A program made the position numbers and the translations under genes. Positions 43,471 to 56,400 of a stretch of 64,000 bases of DNA are shown one piece after another; the first letter of the stretch is position 1, and each line of letters opens with the position of its first letter. The notes under the pieces were generated by a model. It made no database searches. It saw nothing but the letters and a program-made list of their open reading frames with translations, and was not told the origin of the DNA. Origin of the DNA: Utricularia gibba (taxonomy: Eukaryota > Plantae > Magnoliophyta). Where the stretch lies: positions 868,001-932,000 of the forward strand of contig CM007989.1 in the NCBI GenBank assembly GCA_002189035.1, given 5' to 3'.

Positions 43471-44292
43471 ATATTGAAAGATAAAATGGCGTGATGACCG
43501 CCTCACCGGTCCCATACTCTGTGACTGCGCATTCAACCCTACCCTTCGAGTCCGCGGAGTCCTTTCGTGTTTGAATTTGAAGGTAAATCTCTAGTTTCCA
43601 TGACGTCGATATTTTTGAAATCTGCGCATTTTGTGTTTCGATCTCTGTTCGGCTTTCTAGATTTTAAGTTTCTGTGTGGGTAATTTTTCAGATCTGTTGC
43701 AGTTGGTTCGAGTTATAGTGCTTGTTGTTAAAATTCAATTCAGTGTTGAGACCTTGTTCTTGATAAGGAGTTTTTCACCTTTATGGGTTTTCGGTGTCGC
43801 TTCTCTAACGGAGAATTGTCGTGTTTTGTAGTCGATAAAAAAGCACTGACCTTTAGTGTTCAATAACGCATTCTATTCATGTTGCGCTGTTGTCAAGTCT
43901 AACCCGGAGTTTCCTGTTGCCTTTTTCTTCCGTTTTTCTTGTGTGCGTAGCCGAATCGCACGTCAATTCAAAAGAATTTCCGTGTTAAAGATTTGCCTCA
44001 AAAACTTTTATATATGGTTTTCTATGAAGCTCTAGTTTAGGTTAGCTTTGGGTTGATGCAATTTTTTGAACAAAGTAATGTAGTTAATGCCAAAAAGGAG
44101 ATTTGTTAACGAGTTTGAAAATGGTTTTTATTCCAGTTCTGAATTTTGTAAATGCCACTGTTTTTAATAAGCCTTGGGAAGTGTTTGTTTTGTCTCGTTG
44201 CGTTGTCTTTGCATTGTACTTCTTGTTTTGATTGATGCAAGCTGTCCTTTGTCTCAGGTCATTGCATTATTAGGTGATACTTGTCTGCCAAA

Positions 44293-46117
44293 ATGCGAGG
44301 AAGGAGCTACACCCCCTCACCTCCAAGAGGTTATGGTAGAAGAGGTAGGAGCCCTGAGCCAAGGGGAAGATACGGTAGAGGTGATGCCCCAACCAGCCTT
44401 TTAGTTCGCAATCTCCGACGTGACTGCAGGTAAATCTTTATAAAGTTTTGCACTTTTTATTACTGACGCACGACGGCTAATAAAATTTTGTAATGAGAAA
44501 TACAATAATGTTTTTTGTGTGTAGGCCTGAAGACTTGAGGAGGCCCTTTGGGCAATTTGGCCCTCTGAAGGACATCTATCTCCCACGGGATTACTACACT
44601 GGGTGAGTACGTCAGTTGCAGTGTTGTTGGTATTTCTGGTTTTTTTTGTGCAGTATATCCATGCTCTCTCCAAGTGTGTGGTTTACCCGTAACAGTTGCT
44701 GCCAGCATTCACAAATCATTTACGCTTGATACTTGATTGGTGACTATGTGTCTTTTAGATTTAGCAGTGAAGTAAGAGTTTTCAAGGCTTCAATGAAGTA
44801 GTAAAGGTTCAGTTGACACATATTAGTTGTAAAGAGGTCGCTTGTCGACAAGTAGTAAAGAATTGAAGATGGTTTAAATCGTAATGAAGATTTCAAGGGA
44901 GTCTATTTTGACTACTAGTGAAGATTTCAAGATGTCAAGTTTTCAAGAATATGATGTCACTTTAATACAATATGAAGATTCCAAGTCATGAAGAATATTG
45001 TTAAATTCTCGAGAAGGTCAGCTACAAAATGCCTTGGCATGTATTTATTCACCCGTGTGTTATGTGAAATCTTGGTGGAATTAAATGCTGCCTTGCACTA
45101 GTTTAATCGTGTTTCTTAGCTTTTGTTATTTTGGGGAGATGGGTCAGGTGGTTGGGTACTGAGTACTCTGTTTTTGATGGTTGATGAATTTCAGAAGCAA
45201 TAGCAGTCAATCGTGGACACATCTGGAAATGAAGTGACATTCAGGACAATTCTCAATGCTTTTTTTCAGTGATTCTTAACCTTTTTTTTTCATTCTCAGC
45301 GAGCCTAGAGGGTTTGGTTTTGTCCAGTATGTGGACCCGGCCGATGCTGCTGAAGCGAAATATCAAATGGATGGACAGATTCTTCAGGGTCGGGAGGTCA
45401 CTGTTGTTTTTGCTGAGGAAAACAGGAAGAAACCATCGGAGATGAGACAACGAGAGCGTGGTGGTGGTGGTGGTGGAAGGTAAGCCAGCTTTCATCTTCC
45501 TTTGGAACGCGTTAATAACAGATTTGGCAAGCCATATACACTCGTGTTATTCATATACATTTTCTTTGTTTCTTGGTTTGTTCAGGAGCCGCGGTTATGA
45601 ACCAAGACGCTCTCCTCCGCGTTATTCTCGCTCCCCGAATTATTCCCGCTCCCCTCCACCCCGTGGCAGGTCTCATAGTCGTGAATACTATTCTCGTAAG
45701 AGAAGATACTCAAGGTGCCATCTTTACTCTCCGTTTATTCTGATAATTTTTTTTTAAAGTTTGCCTATTTTGTTCACGGATTTAGAAGCATATCCCCAAA
45801 AGAAAGAATGGGATCTTTCAGCCCTATGTAGGTGATTGAGAACTCTAGTAGCAATGCAACCTCGTCACTGAAAAACTTTACCCATTTGCAGGTCTGTTTC
45901 TCCACATGAGAGAAGGTACAGCAGAGAAAGGTCATTCACACCGCCGCCTCATCCCAAAGAGCAGTCCCCAGCATACAATGGCCAAAGGCACCGCAGCCCC
46001 AACGGCCCAAGAGAACGCTCTCCTTACGGCTCCAGAAGCCGTAGCCAGAGTCCCGGTGGTGCCCTGCAGCGCTCCCCTGCCGGAGCTCGCAGCAGCCGCA
46101 GCCCTTATCCACCCTAA
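44293..46117 (+). CDS. SCL33: Serine/arginine-rich SC35-like splicing factor (SCL30A/SCL33 type)
   Basis: MRGRSYTPSPPRGYGRRGRSP...PTSLLVRNLRRDCR|PEDLRRPFGQFGPLKDIYLPRDYYTG|EPRGFGFVQYVDPADAAEAK...VVFAEENRKKP, followed by an RS/SP-rich tail. SCL30A versus SCL33 cannot be resolved by eye. Confidence 0.93.
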
Positions 46118-46437
46118 TTCTGATTCGAATCCGCCTCTCGGCATTCTCATTCAGACCTGTTGAAGTTTGTGTTTCACCTTGGCTTGAAGAGTTGGGAACT
46201 CCCTTTAGTTGTCCTGTTGTGTTTTTAGTAACTCCTACTGTCTTGGTTAGTTCGAGGCCATGGGCCCGTCGCACTACTGTGTCTAGGAAGCGCACTGTGT
46301 ATCGAACGCGTTAAATTGTTTTGTGCCAAGGCTCTGTTTTCCCAATTTTTTATTCATGAAATGAGAGAGGATGGGGTACGGGTTAACAGACATGAGGTAA
46401 ATCGACGAATGGCTGGATTTCCCTGCTCCTTCGAGCT

Positions 46438-47144
46438 TCAAGCTACAGCAGCCATGGCTACCGACGCAAGCACCCCCAACCAGAAAGCTCTCTTCTTTTC
46501 TCCTCCATCGTTCGTGGGATGGGTTTCGATGACTGGTTTTGGGACGGGCACCGGTCCCCCTGCAGGAGCTGGAAGAAAAATGAGGGTGTCATTTGAATGA
46601 ATTCAAGTAAGACTTGGTTCGGGTTTCTTCATTTGTTTTCTCACCGCTGGGCGATGGAGAAGCCGCCGTGAATTGGTTCGATTTACCCCCCAACTGCTCA
46701 AACATCTGCGCTTCTGGCGAACCCGGAGCTAGGTGGAGGAGATCTACGGAACCCAATGTAAGTGATTACAAACTGTTCGATGAATTGCGTCTTAGAAGGT
46801 AAGCAGAACTTACGTATGCAATCGTATGCCGTTATTGCTGTGGTGGACTTGCAGCGTTGGGGGAGCGACAAAGCAAGTGTGACGTTGATATGCAGATCGA
46901 GGCTGGGGTCATCCCTGTCCTTGATGAGTATACAGACGCAGTCAGGGCTCTCCTGCGCCGCCTTGTTGAACCCTGTGCAGCAGTCCATTGTTGGAGTCTT
47001 AGATCCACCGCTGACGAACGGCAGACAAGTAGCAACGGCCAGAAGCGGAGTAGTGCACTTGGCCTTGTCTGCCTCAATATCACACCTACCCAAATCACCC
47101 AACAGCAAGAAACAGAGAGCAGGGAGCATGAAAGTGATCTTCAT
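46438..47144 (-). CDS. GPI-anchored non-specific lipid transfer protein (LTPG, YLS3-like)
   Basis: Signal peptide, 8-Cys pattern (C..C..CC..CVC..C..C), Pro/Ser linker and hydrophobic tail AFWLGVLASVAMAAVA*. The three exons splice in frame. Confidence 0.92.
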
Positions 47145-48981
47145 GATGCTGCGCTAAAATGGGCGACTCTCAGCTTATCTCCTACACTATGATGATTGGT
47201 ATTGATTGCCCTTTGAGTATTTTATGATAAAGGGTGAGCTGTGGCTTGGCTGCTGATGAGCAGGCACGTTGTAGACAATGACCTTGTATGCTCTACAACT
47301 ACCCCAGGGGAACCATCCCTTACAGAAACTTGGCAAGCTGCTTATTTGCTTTGAACACCCAATGATTGGATTCCGGGGGGATGAAGTTAGTCTGAATGAT
47401 TTATGGTTTGGCTTTAAGAATGTAATGTACGTGAGGTCGAGACGATGATCTGGAGCTGGATAATGAAAGGCGGTTAGCCCTTCTTTTTCAGTAGGTGGCG
47501 AGCAGGGTGATGTGGTCTGTACGGTGACCACATAGCATCAGATCTATAGATAGGGACCGGAAAACCAACCGGTTTAAGGGAAACCGGACTAAACCGGTGG
47601 ATAATGTAATTTTATTTAAGAATTTTATATAATATCACTTACCTTTGGGCCCCATGTGGTGGAGAGTTTGGTGATATAAATTATTTAGGTATATTTAAAC
47701 CCATATTCATGGATTTTATGTAGAAACTTATTTAGTTAGTGTGTTAAAATTATTTGAATTTATCATTACATGCGTTTGGTATATTAGTTTAGAAAAAGGT
47801 ATTGTATAATTAACATAGATATACTTAATCCACCCCCTATGTGGGTTTATATAAATCCATATCTATAGGTTATTGACAGATTTATTTAAATCTGTGAGGT
47901 AAATTTAAATCCAACAATAAACTATATACCAAATATTATAAAATATTAAATCTATGTATAAATCTAGTTAAATCCACAAACCAAACGAGGTCTTAATGTT
48001 TTATAAAATCATTTAATTATAAAAAATTTTGAAAGAATTGATAACTAATTTTTTGGATAAATTAAAATACCTTTTCGTGATGTGTCAGATGAATATAATT
48101 ATTTATAATTTTTCAAAATTGCCTGGGAAAATGCATTTATTCAGATATTAAAAGCCTTATCGTTTTGGGTTGCTGTCTCAGATTTCTGAGACATTAAGAA
48201 GAGTGGCAACTTTTCTAAATCACCCCTACTTTTCGTGGGGTACAATAGACGCCCGCGCAGAATCCTATGGTCATAAATAGACATTATTCCCCAATTTAAT
48301 GAACCTTCAATTATATATTTTTATTGAAAACATTATTATAAAACCCTTCCGCTTTATTAAATATTATTGACTAATTATATTCGGTGTTCAAAAAATAAGT
48401 TTAAAATTATGATCCACAAATATGGGTTCATGGTTTTGGGGATATGCGTACCTTGAGTATGGGGTTTATGAAACTTAGAAATATCTATATTCAAAATAAC
48501 AAACTATTTAGTAAAAACTAATTTTTTTAAAAAAATTAAATTACATAATAAAAATTAATGAATGTAATATAAAATTTAATGATCAATAATAAAATGAATA
48601 ATAAATATTAAATATTTAAACATAAAATAAAAAATGAATAATAAATATCTTTTGCTTATTGACATTAGCAAAAGAGAAAATTGCATGAATAATAAGTTTT
48701 GGATATTATAAATAATTTGATTATCAAGTTTTAAAATTAAAAAAAAAAACCTAAGATTGTCAAAATAGTGTAACGAAAATTTAAAAATGATTCACATTTA
48801 TTAGTTTCAAAACTAACAAAATTTCATTTTCATCTGAATTTTGGATGAACCGTTGATATCCCTGGTTTGTTTGTTATAACCTAGGTGGGAGTTATGGCAA
48901 ATATGGATGGTGCATCAGCATGTAAAGAGGCAACAAAAAAGAATGTAGAGAGCCTATGGGTAATCCCTTCATCCATCCAAT

Positions 48982-49536
48982 TGTTGGCACACAAGGGATC
49001 GATCGAAACCGAACATGACATGTAACTCTTGGTGGAGATGTCTCAAGCTCTTGAGGGAATCTTGGGAGTGATTGCAGGAGAGACCTACTTGAGTGGATGG
49101 GAGTTGGATGCGATTGAGCAAGCATGCGCGTACAAAGCGACGGTGAGCGATGTGCTAGATGTTGGGTGAAGTGTGGTCACAGGCCCAATGATGTTGGGTC
49201 CAGTGTGTCAATGGAGAAGGATCGAGGCACCGAGAAGCGCAGGAAGAAGGATCTCTCATGTGTTAGCCCCATCAGACATGGGCCCAAAAAGAAGAAATGG
49301 GCTTAGAAGCCCAGAAGTCATAGAAAGTATATAGAAGTAAGGTATGGTGGCTGTGGCAGGTTGAGAGTTGGCAAATCACAAAAGTAGTGCCACCATGCCA
49401 AGATATAAAAGTCATATATCATGGTTTGGGTGAAGTACAAGAAGTCAAATGAAGGTGAGGAGAAATGTAGGAGAAACTTGTGAGAGGAAATGTGAAAGGG
49501 TTGAAGTAGTCCCAAAGTACGACATCTCCTATGACA
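48982..49536. mobile_element. Possible degenerate solo-LTR-like fragment
   Basis: Purine-rich, higher-GC non-coding block bounded by TGT...ACA in an AT-rich intergenic region. No matching TSD, PBS or PPT was found. Confidence 0.25.
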
Positions 49537-50049
49537 ATTCAATATGAGTTTGAGATGAGATCTCGCCAGTGGGAAGTATGCTCAAATGATCAATGTATCA
49601 ATACGATGCACAAATTTACATTTTTATGATGTTATATTATAATATTATATTTATGATTGATAGTGTATTTTTATCGAATAATTAAAATTGTATAAAATAA
49701 AAATATATGTTCATTATATTAAATTAAAATATAAAATTTTAAAATTAACTATTTAATATGTAATTAAATAAATAATTATTTAATTAATTTGGACTCTCAA
49801 CTCAATGAACCCTAAAAGCTTCAAAAAGACCGATAAAATTTGGAGCAATGTATCTACAAGTCCAAGACCTATATTTTTAGGGCGGGGGTGGGGTCGGGAT
49901 TGGGCTTAGATTTTCATGCGTTACTGAATGGGGAGGAAGATCTCCCCATTAGCCGTGAAAGTCATAAAGGCAACCGGCGTGGTGAGTTTTTACAACCGGA
50001 AATAATGGATTTTGAATAGATGAGACCGTGTGTGTTGTTTTGTGGCAGA

Positions 50050-50314
50050 ATGTGGTCTTGGGAGGATTCGACACGACATCGGTGTTCATCGTGTGGATGC
50101 TGACTCTTCCGGCGAGAAACAGACAGGTTCTACGGAAGGCACGAGAAGAGATCGACGGGGCGATCGGGAATCAGACGGTCAACGACGGGAAGTTGCCGTA
50201 TCTTCAGGCCATCCTTAAAGAAGTCCGTCGCTATCCGCCGCTGCCGTTGGAGTGGCGGGAATCACCATGCCCAGGGCGAATCCTTGGGGATGGAGCTCCC
50301 GAACTGTACGCCTA
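50050..50314 (+). pseudogene. Truncated, internally deleted copy of the last exon of the CYP82 gene
   Basis: Splice acceptor, then NVVLGGFDTTSVFIVW...KLPYLQAILKEVRRYPPLP jumps directly to GITMPRANP...ELYA*. The PERF and heme-Cys region is absent, and the downstream sequence resembles the CYP82 3' UTR. Confidence 0.88.
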
Positions 50315-51548
50315 GCTTGGGACCAGATGCGTCGGAACTTTCGATGTTGGCAATCGCCTTCAAGTACCATACCATACTTACTTTGACTGTGCCCATCAAT
50401 AAATGCATAGCCAAGTTGCTGCAGATTTGATAGAAGCATTAACTGTGGTAGATGATATCGATATCTTATATATGCATGAGTTAATGGCCACACTCAAGTA
50501 AGGGTGTAAGTCAAATACCATATACATTATGGATGAAACATAGAAATAAATTATATAAACAGATTCTATGTAATCTTACATGAGTTTTTTTTTTAAAACA
50601 AAAAAAATTTAAAATTATAAGAATTGAATATTCGAAGAAAACAATATTATGTAAGAATTATATATGTGTGTATGTAAAATGATGATATTGCTATTGAACC
50701 AAATATATGATAAATGTTCTACCACGCGTCAGGGGAACCACCATCCCCTTGACTATGCTGCCAATGAATGGAATCTGAATAATCCTATGTGTTTTTTCAA
50801 CGATTTGGAGTTTAGGGTCTAGGGATGTGATATGGTTGATAATGAGAGCAAGATATTGAAAGATGATCAGCAATTCCTTTTCATTAGGTGGTAACGTGGT
50901 CTCTACTGCCATCAAATATGATCAGAAATTAATTATTTTTTGTCAACTGATTTATGTAAGCATTAGAAATTAATGATTAGAATTTCAATTTTTGAAATAA
51001 TAATGATTTTTCTGATTTTTAAATAATAATATTTTAGAAAAACAGATATGTACTTTAGATAAACATGGGTATTTACGTCATTTGAATAGTGTAATAAATA
51101 TATGTAAATAATCGATTCTTGGATCGGTGATTTTGGGTGCGAATGTAGGAGGTGGTCTCCTTTTTTAAAAATTTTAATATTTTTATTTATTAATTTAAAT
51201 AATAAATATTTATTAATTAAAAATTAATTAATCAAAATTCTAATTCTTCCTTTTAATTTTTCTATATTTTCGTCTATTTCCATCATCTACCCATGTTGTC
51301 ACATTTCATCATTCATCAATTAAAATTTTAATTTTCATGAATATTTTACTTTGTATTAAAAATTATTTTATTTTAGTATTTTAATTACCACAAATACCAA
51401 TTATTTTTTCCCGACATGGGAATTGCAGGTGGGCTGGGCTAGCTGACTGTTAGTTGTATTGGAGGTAGTTGTGAAGCGACCTCCTGGACGAGGGAGTGTA
51501 TTTAGTAGACCTCTTTCCAACGGATGGGAGCATTGAATTTTTGATGAT

Positions 51549-53285
51549 ATGACGGTGTCGGAATACCTTGGGCTCTTTGGCTGCTTAGTCTTCCTGTTTC
51601 TTTTCCGGAGGCTGTCCAGTAAAAGGGGAGGCGAGTTGCCGCCGGAGCCGCCGGGGCGTGGCCGATAGTCGGCCATCTTCCCCTGATTGGCAACAAGAAA
51701 CACATTGCTCATTCGATGACGGAACTCGCCGCGAAATACGGCGACCTTTTCGGCCTGCGGATGGGGATGATGCGCGTGGTGGTGGTGGGCAGCCGTGAGA
51801 TTGCGGAGGAGTTTTACACCGCCGTGGATAAGGTGCTTGTGGACCGGCCGCAGACGAGCAGCGGGAAACACCTCGCTTACGACTTCGCGGCCTTCGGGTT
51901 CGCAAACGGGCCGTACTGGAGAGAGATGAGGAAAATCGTCACTGTGGAGGTCCTCTCCTCCCGCTCCTTGGACTCCATGCGGAACCTCCGGGTCTCCGAG
52001 ATAACGCAGAGCATCCACGAACTGTACCGGGAAGCAACCAAGCGCCTAGAAGCTACAAAGATAGCCATCAGCTCCTGGGTGGAACAAGTCACCCTCAACA
52101 TAATCGTCAGAACGCTAGCCGGAAAACGCTATGCCCAAGGCTCGCCTCCCTCCCTCGGATCTCAATTTTCCGATCACTCGTATTGTAAAACGAACCAGGA
52201 ATGAGTTGCCTCTTTCTTTTTCTTTTCTTGTTGCGGGGAACAGGTAGTGATGAAGTGAAGACTTTCAGAAAGCAGATGAGTGAGTTCACGTTGCTGGCCG
52301 GCGAGTTCGTGCTGTATGATGTGATCCCACTTCCGCTATTGCGATGGATTGATCCTCAGAAGCATCTCAAGAGGATGAAGACCGTCTCGAAGGAGCTGGA
52401 CGCCATCGTGGAGACGTGGATACAGGAACACATTCTTGCGAAAGCCAGGAAGGAAGAAGGCGGAGGTGATCACGACTTCATAGATGCGATGCTCTCCGTC
52501 ATGGAACGCAACGGTAAATTAAACCTCACCGGAGCAGGGATCTCCCCATCGGCGATGAAAGTCATCAAGGCGACAGTCGTGGTGAGTTTTCGGACGACCG
52601 AAAATAACGGGTGTTGAATGGGATAAGATTGTGGAGACTGTGTGTACGTGCTTTTGTTGCAGAACGTGATCTTGGGAGGATTCGACACCACATCGCTGTT
52701 CATCGTGTGGACGCTCTCTCTCCTGGCGAAAAACAGACACGTGCTAAAGAAGGCACAAGAGGAGATCGACGGCGAGATCGGGAAGGAAGCATGGGTGCAG
52801 GAATCAGACATCTCAGAGGGGAAATTGCCGTACCTTCAGGCCATCCTTAAAGAAGTCCTCCGCCTCTATCCCCGCTGCCGTTATCACTCCCCCGGGTGGC
52901 GACGGAGGACTGCCGTCTCGCAGGATACCGGATTCTGAAGGGGACACAACTGTTCGTGAATTTGAGGAAGATCCAGCGAGACCCGGAGCTCTGGGAAGAC
53001 CCGCACCGGTTCATGCCGGAGAGGTTTCTGGGAAAGAAGGCACATGTTGAGTTCATGAGTAGGGATTTCGAGTACGCCCCCTTCGGAGCGGGGAGGCGAT
53101 CGTGCCCTGGAACCTCCTTCGCTATGCACGTAACCGGCTTGTTGATCGGACGGCTGGTGCAGGGGTTCGATTTCGACGGCGGAGACGGCGTGGACATGGA
53201 AGAAGGGCTGGGGATCACCATGCCCAGGGCGAATCCTTTGGAGATGTTTCTCACTCCCCGTCTAGCTCCACAACTATACGCCTAG
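51549..53285 (+). CDS. CYP82: Cytochrome P450, CYP82 family
   Basis: PPEPPGAWPIVGHL; GPYWREMRKIVTVEVLS; I-helix LGGFDTT; K-helix KEVLR; FMPERF; heme motif PFGAGRRSCPG. Two apparent one-base losses (51653-51656, 52870-52873). Introns 52140-52243 and ~52583-52661. Confidence 0.92.
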
Positions 53286-53412
53286 CCGGGGACCATAGAA
53301 CTGTTGTTGGAGTGGTCCTTTTTCTTTTTGCTGTGGCCATGAATAAATGCATAACCAAGTTGGTTGCAGATCTGATAGATAGAAGCAAAGTATTGTCGTT
53401 GACAGCAACATC

Positions 53413-56400
53413 TCATAGTTGTTTAGCTTTCGCCGCTTTCGCCGCTTTCTCCTGCTTCAACCTTTTCCATTCTTTGAGAGCAGCTAGAAGGACGTGCAGC
53501 GAAACCGGCAGGAAGAAGGGCTGCGCAAACAGGATGGGAGGAACCCAAGTTCAAAAGCATGCATCTTTCTTGGAATGTAAGTTCATGTGCAGGAAGAAGG
53601 GCACCCACCGAGTAGACAGCGAAGCAGTGTTCGAATGAGAAGTAGCTCACAGACATCATGGAGGGATGGTAGAAAGCATCCTCCGCGAAGGATCTTGCAT
53701 ATCTCGAGGACACTGGGATGAGGGGCAGGGAATCGAAATGAACATACATTTTACTGAGGTGAAGAGAGGATTGAATCACGAAAGCATACCCGCAGCAGAA
53801 TCATGAACTCCTGCGGATGCGTTGCTCAGGGCCATTCTAGCGGCTTCAAGGAATACTTCACCTGTGTGTCAGTGTACTGCATGTTAGGACGTCTTCATAG
53901 CGACAACCATGACTACCCTACCTGTCTCAGTATTGACAACTAGATTGTCAGCAAAGAGACACAGGCATCAATAAATATGGGCCCATTTGACAAAGAATAT
54001 AGAAATGGGGATTACCTGTTTACCTATTTCATCCTTGATGATCATCCTTGGGAGGGATTGAACCTGCTTGAAACGTCTTCATTAAAGAGTTGAAAATCGA
54101 CTTGCAGGATTAATATCATTAGCTGGGAAACCTCAACTAGCATCCTTTGATTTGATTTAAGATGCAGGGAACTAATATTGAATTTTTTAGCCAAAGGAAA
54201 ACATTTCAACCATGTTGAGGTAAAAAATAACTTGAAACTGATAATGTACCAGACGAGAAATAAATCCACATTGGATTTTTTTAGCTAAAGGAAAACATTG
54301 CAACGTTTGGACTAAAAAAGAACTTGAAACTGATAACGTACCAGACGAGAAATAGATCCGAGCGTTGTCATGCACTGATGAATGTTGAAATACGTATGCT
54401 GCCGTGACAAGACATCGAGTTCCCTTTCACAAACATAACCACATAAGGCTTGAAGTACTAATAAGTGCTGTTCAGAAAGACTATAAACGCATTATGTCAG
54501 CGCTAAAGCGAAGAAAGATGCATCGCATCCATCAATCATTTATCCAAAAAAATGTTTTCTGATTTGTCAGAATTCTGACAGATCCTAAGCCCTTGTTCAC
54601 AAACCATTCAACCTATAATCTTACCATTGTGCAAACCCTCTTTCAACTGCCAGTATCTGTAACGAGTCTGATGGATTACCAAAATGAAGAGGAGAGTTCA
54701 GCCCAAAGAGCTTCCGAATCTGAGCAAGGAAAACTTCAAAAATTTTCCTTGTGGCCTGTTCAGAATTTGGAAGTTAAGAAAAGCTGGCAGTTGTACACAA
54801 AAGATAAGTCTTGACCCATAAAACAAGACATTCTGGAATAGCTTCACCATGTAAAATTTTGTTACCAAACCAAGAACACTCTCCGTGCATGTGTATCAAT
54901 TTTATTTGCCAATATTCACACATTTAGTCAGTTTGTTCTAGTTGCAGCTTACGTCAGGAGAAATCTTCTGCCTGGAACGAGACCTTGGTTGCAGGCAATC
55001 TGGAGGGTTCCAGACAACTACCCCTCCCCACATCTGAAAGTTTGTGGACAAAGATGCATTAGATTTGACAAAAAACTCAAAGTGTACGGTATGGGAAAAT
55101 AAAACTCACTGGTGAAATGAACCCATTTGCAGAAGAAATTTCTCCATTTGGGAGCTGAAACTGGAGTGGACACTCCATGGCTGATGGCACATATCTATAC
55201 ACGAGGAGGAAATGCAAGGTCAAAGGAAAAAAATCTGCTCAAGTGTAAGACACGGAGCAACAAGAATGTGATTGGCTAGACATTTTAAGTAGTAATGTAA
55301 TAGCCAGATAAAGATTATACACCACAAAATGTAGGATCTTTGATTGTCCTCCAGCGTCAACTGATGTATCCAAATGCCACTCATTGGAGTTCACCTATAA
55401 GACTTCAGCAGATGAGAAATTTCAGGGGAAAAGGCCAGATATGACAGGTAATCATTAGTTAACCCTTCCACGGTTAAAACTCAGAATATGAAGGGAAAAA
55501 AATCATTAATTTACTTGGAAAAAGGAATGTTGATAAAAGTTAGCACGTGAAACAAAGAACGGACATAATCTTACAAAGAAAGGAAGATCTTCCTTAGTGT
55601 ATATGTAGCTGCCGAGCTTGTCATCCCAACGCGGAAATGAAGACCTTGGAGTATGATATAGCACCTGTGCACACCAGGAAACATCCCATGTGAATTCTAA
55701 AAAAACAGAACCTCAACACCTGGTCAGTTGGATGCAGAAACAGACTGTTGGTAAGAAAATTGACCAAATGAAAAACAAGAGGCGCAACCTGGCTCTCAAT
55801 TTTAATATCTGCCACAGGCTGCAAACCCTTGGTTACTGGCATCAAGATATTCTCATCGATATCTTGGAAATCCCTGCAGGTAGTGAATAAATTCAAAGAC
55901 ACAAAACATTTACTACAAAATAGGTGCTAGATATTACCAAAAAAAAAGACTTTTTTTCAGCCCTGCTGATTTCAGTCACTAGGATCCAAAGATTATAAAA
56001 AGGAAAAATCAAAAGATGTGGGAGAGCATTCAATCACTAAAAATAATACTTATAAGGAAACGCATACCAGCCGTATGTCCAATCACTCGGATTTGCATTC
56101 AGCAAACTGAAGGAAAATACAGTCCTTCCGTCCGCCCCTACAGGCATGAACTCTCCACTGATTGATGATTCTTCCCTCCAACCATTCACAAACACCTTCA
56201 CGAAAGTGTCAGCCACCTTCTTCACCGCTCCATTCACTGAAAAATTACCCACTGTCCATGCATGCCTATACTTGCCAATCACTGTCTTGATCTTCACTAA
56301 GTTCTCCCTCCGAGCAACAATCACAGTATAGACATTTTCCAAAGTTCCCTGACTGTTAACACTATCGAATAAAACATGTAACTTCTCATCAAAAGTGTCA

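Noticed and set aside
46545-46575. Suspected frameshift in the last LTPG exon
   Set aside because: Recounting shows five Gs, so the exon is in frame (APAGGPVPVP).
47770-47990. Possible Tourist-like MITE (CGTTTGGT ... ACCAAACG)
   Set aside because: Only an 8-bp inverted match in AT-rich DNA, with no TSD.
50691-50915. 74-aa minus-strand ORF between the CYP82 fragment and the gene
   Set aside because: No P450 or transposase motif recognised.
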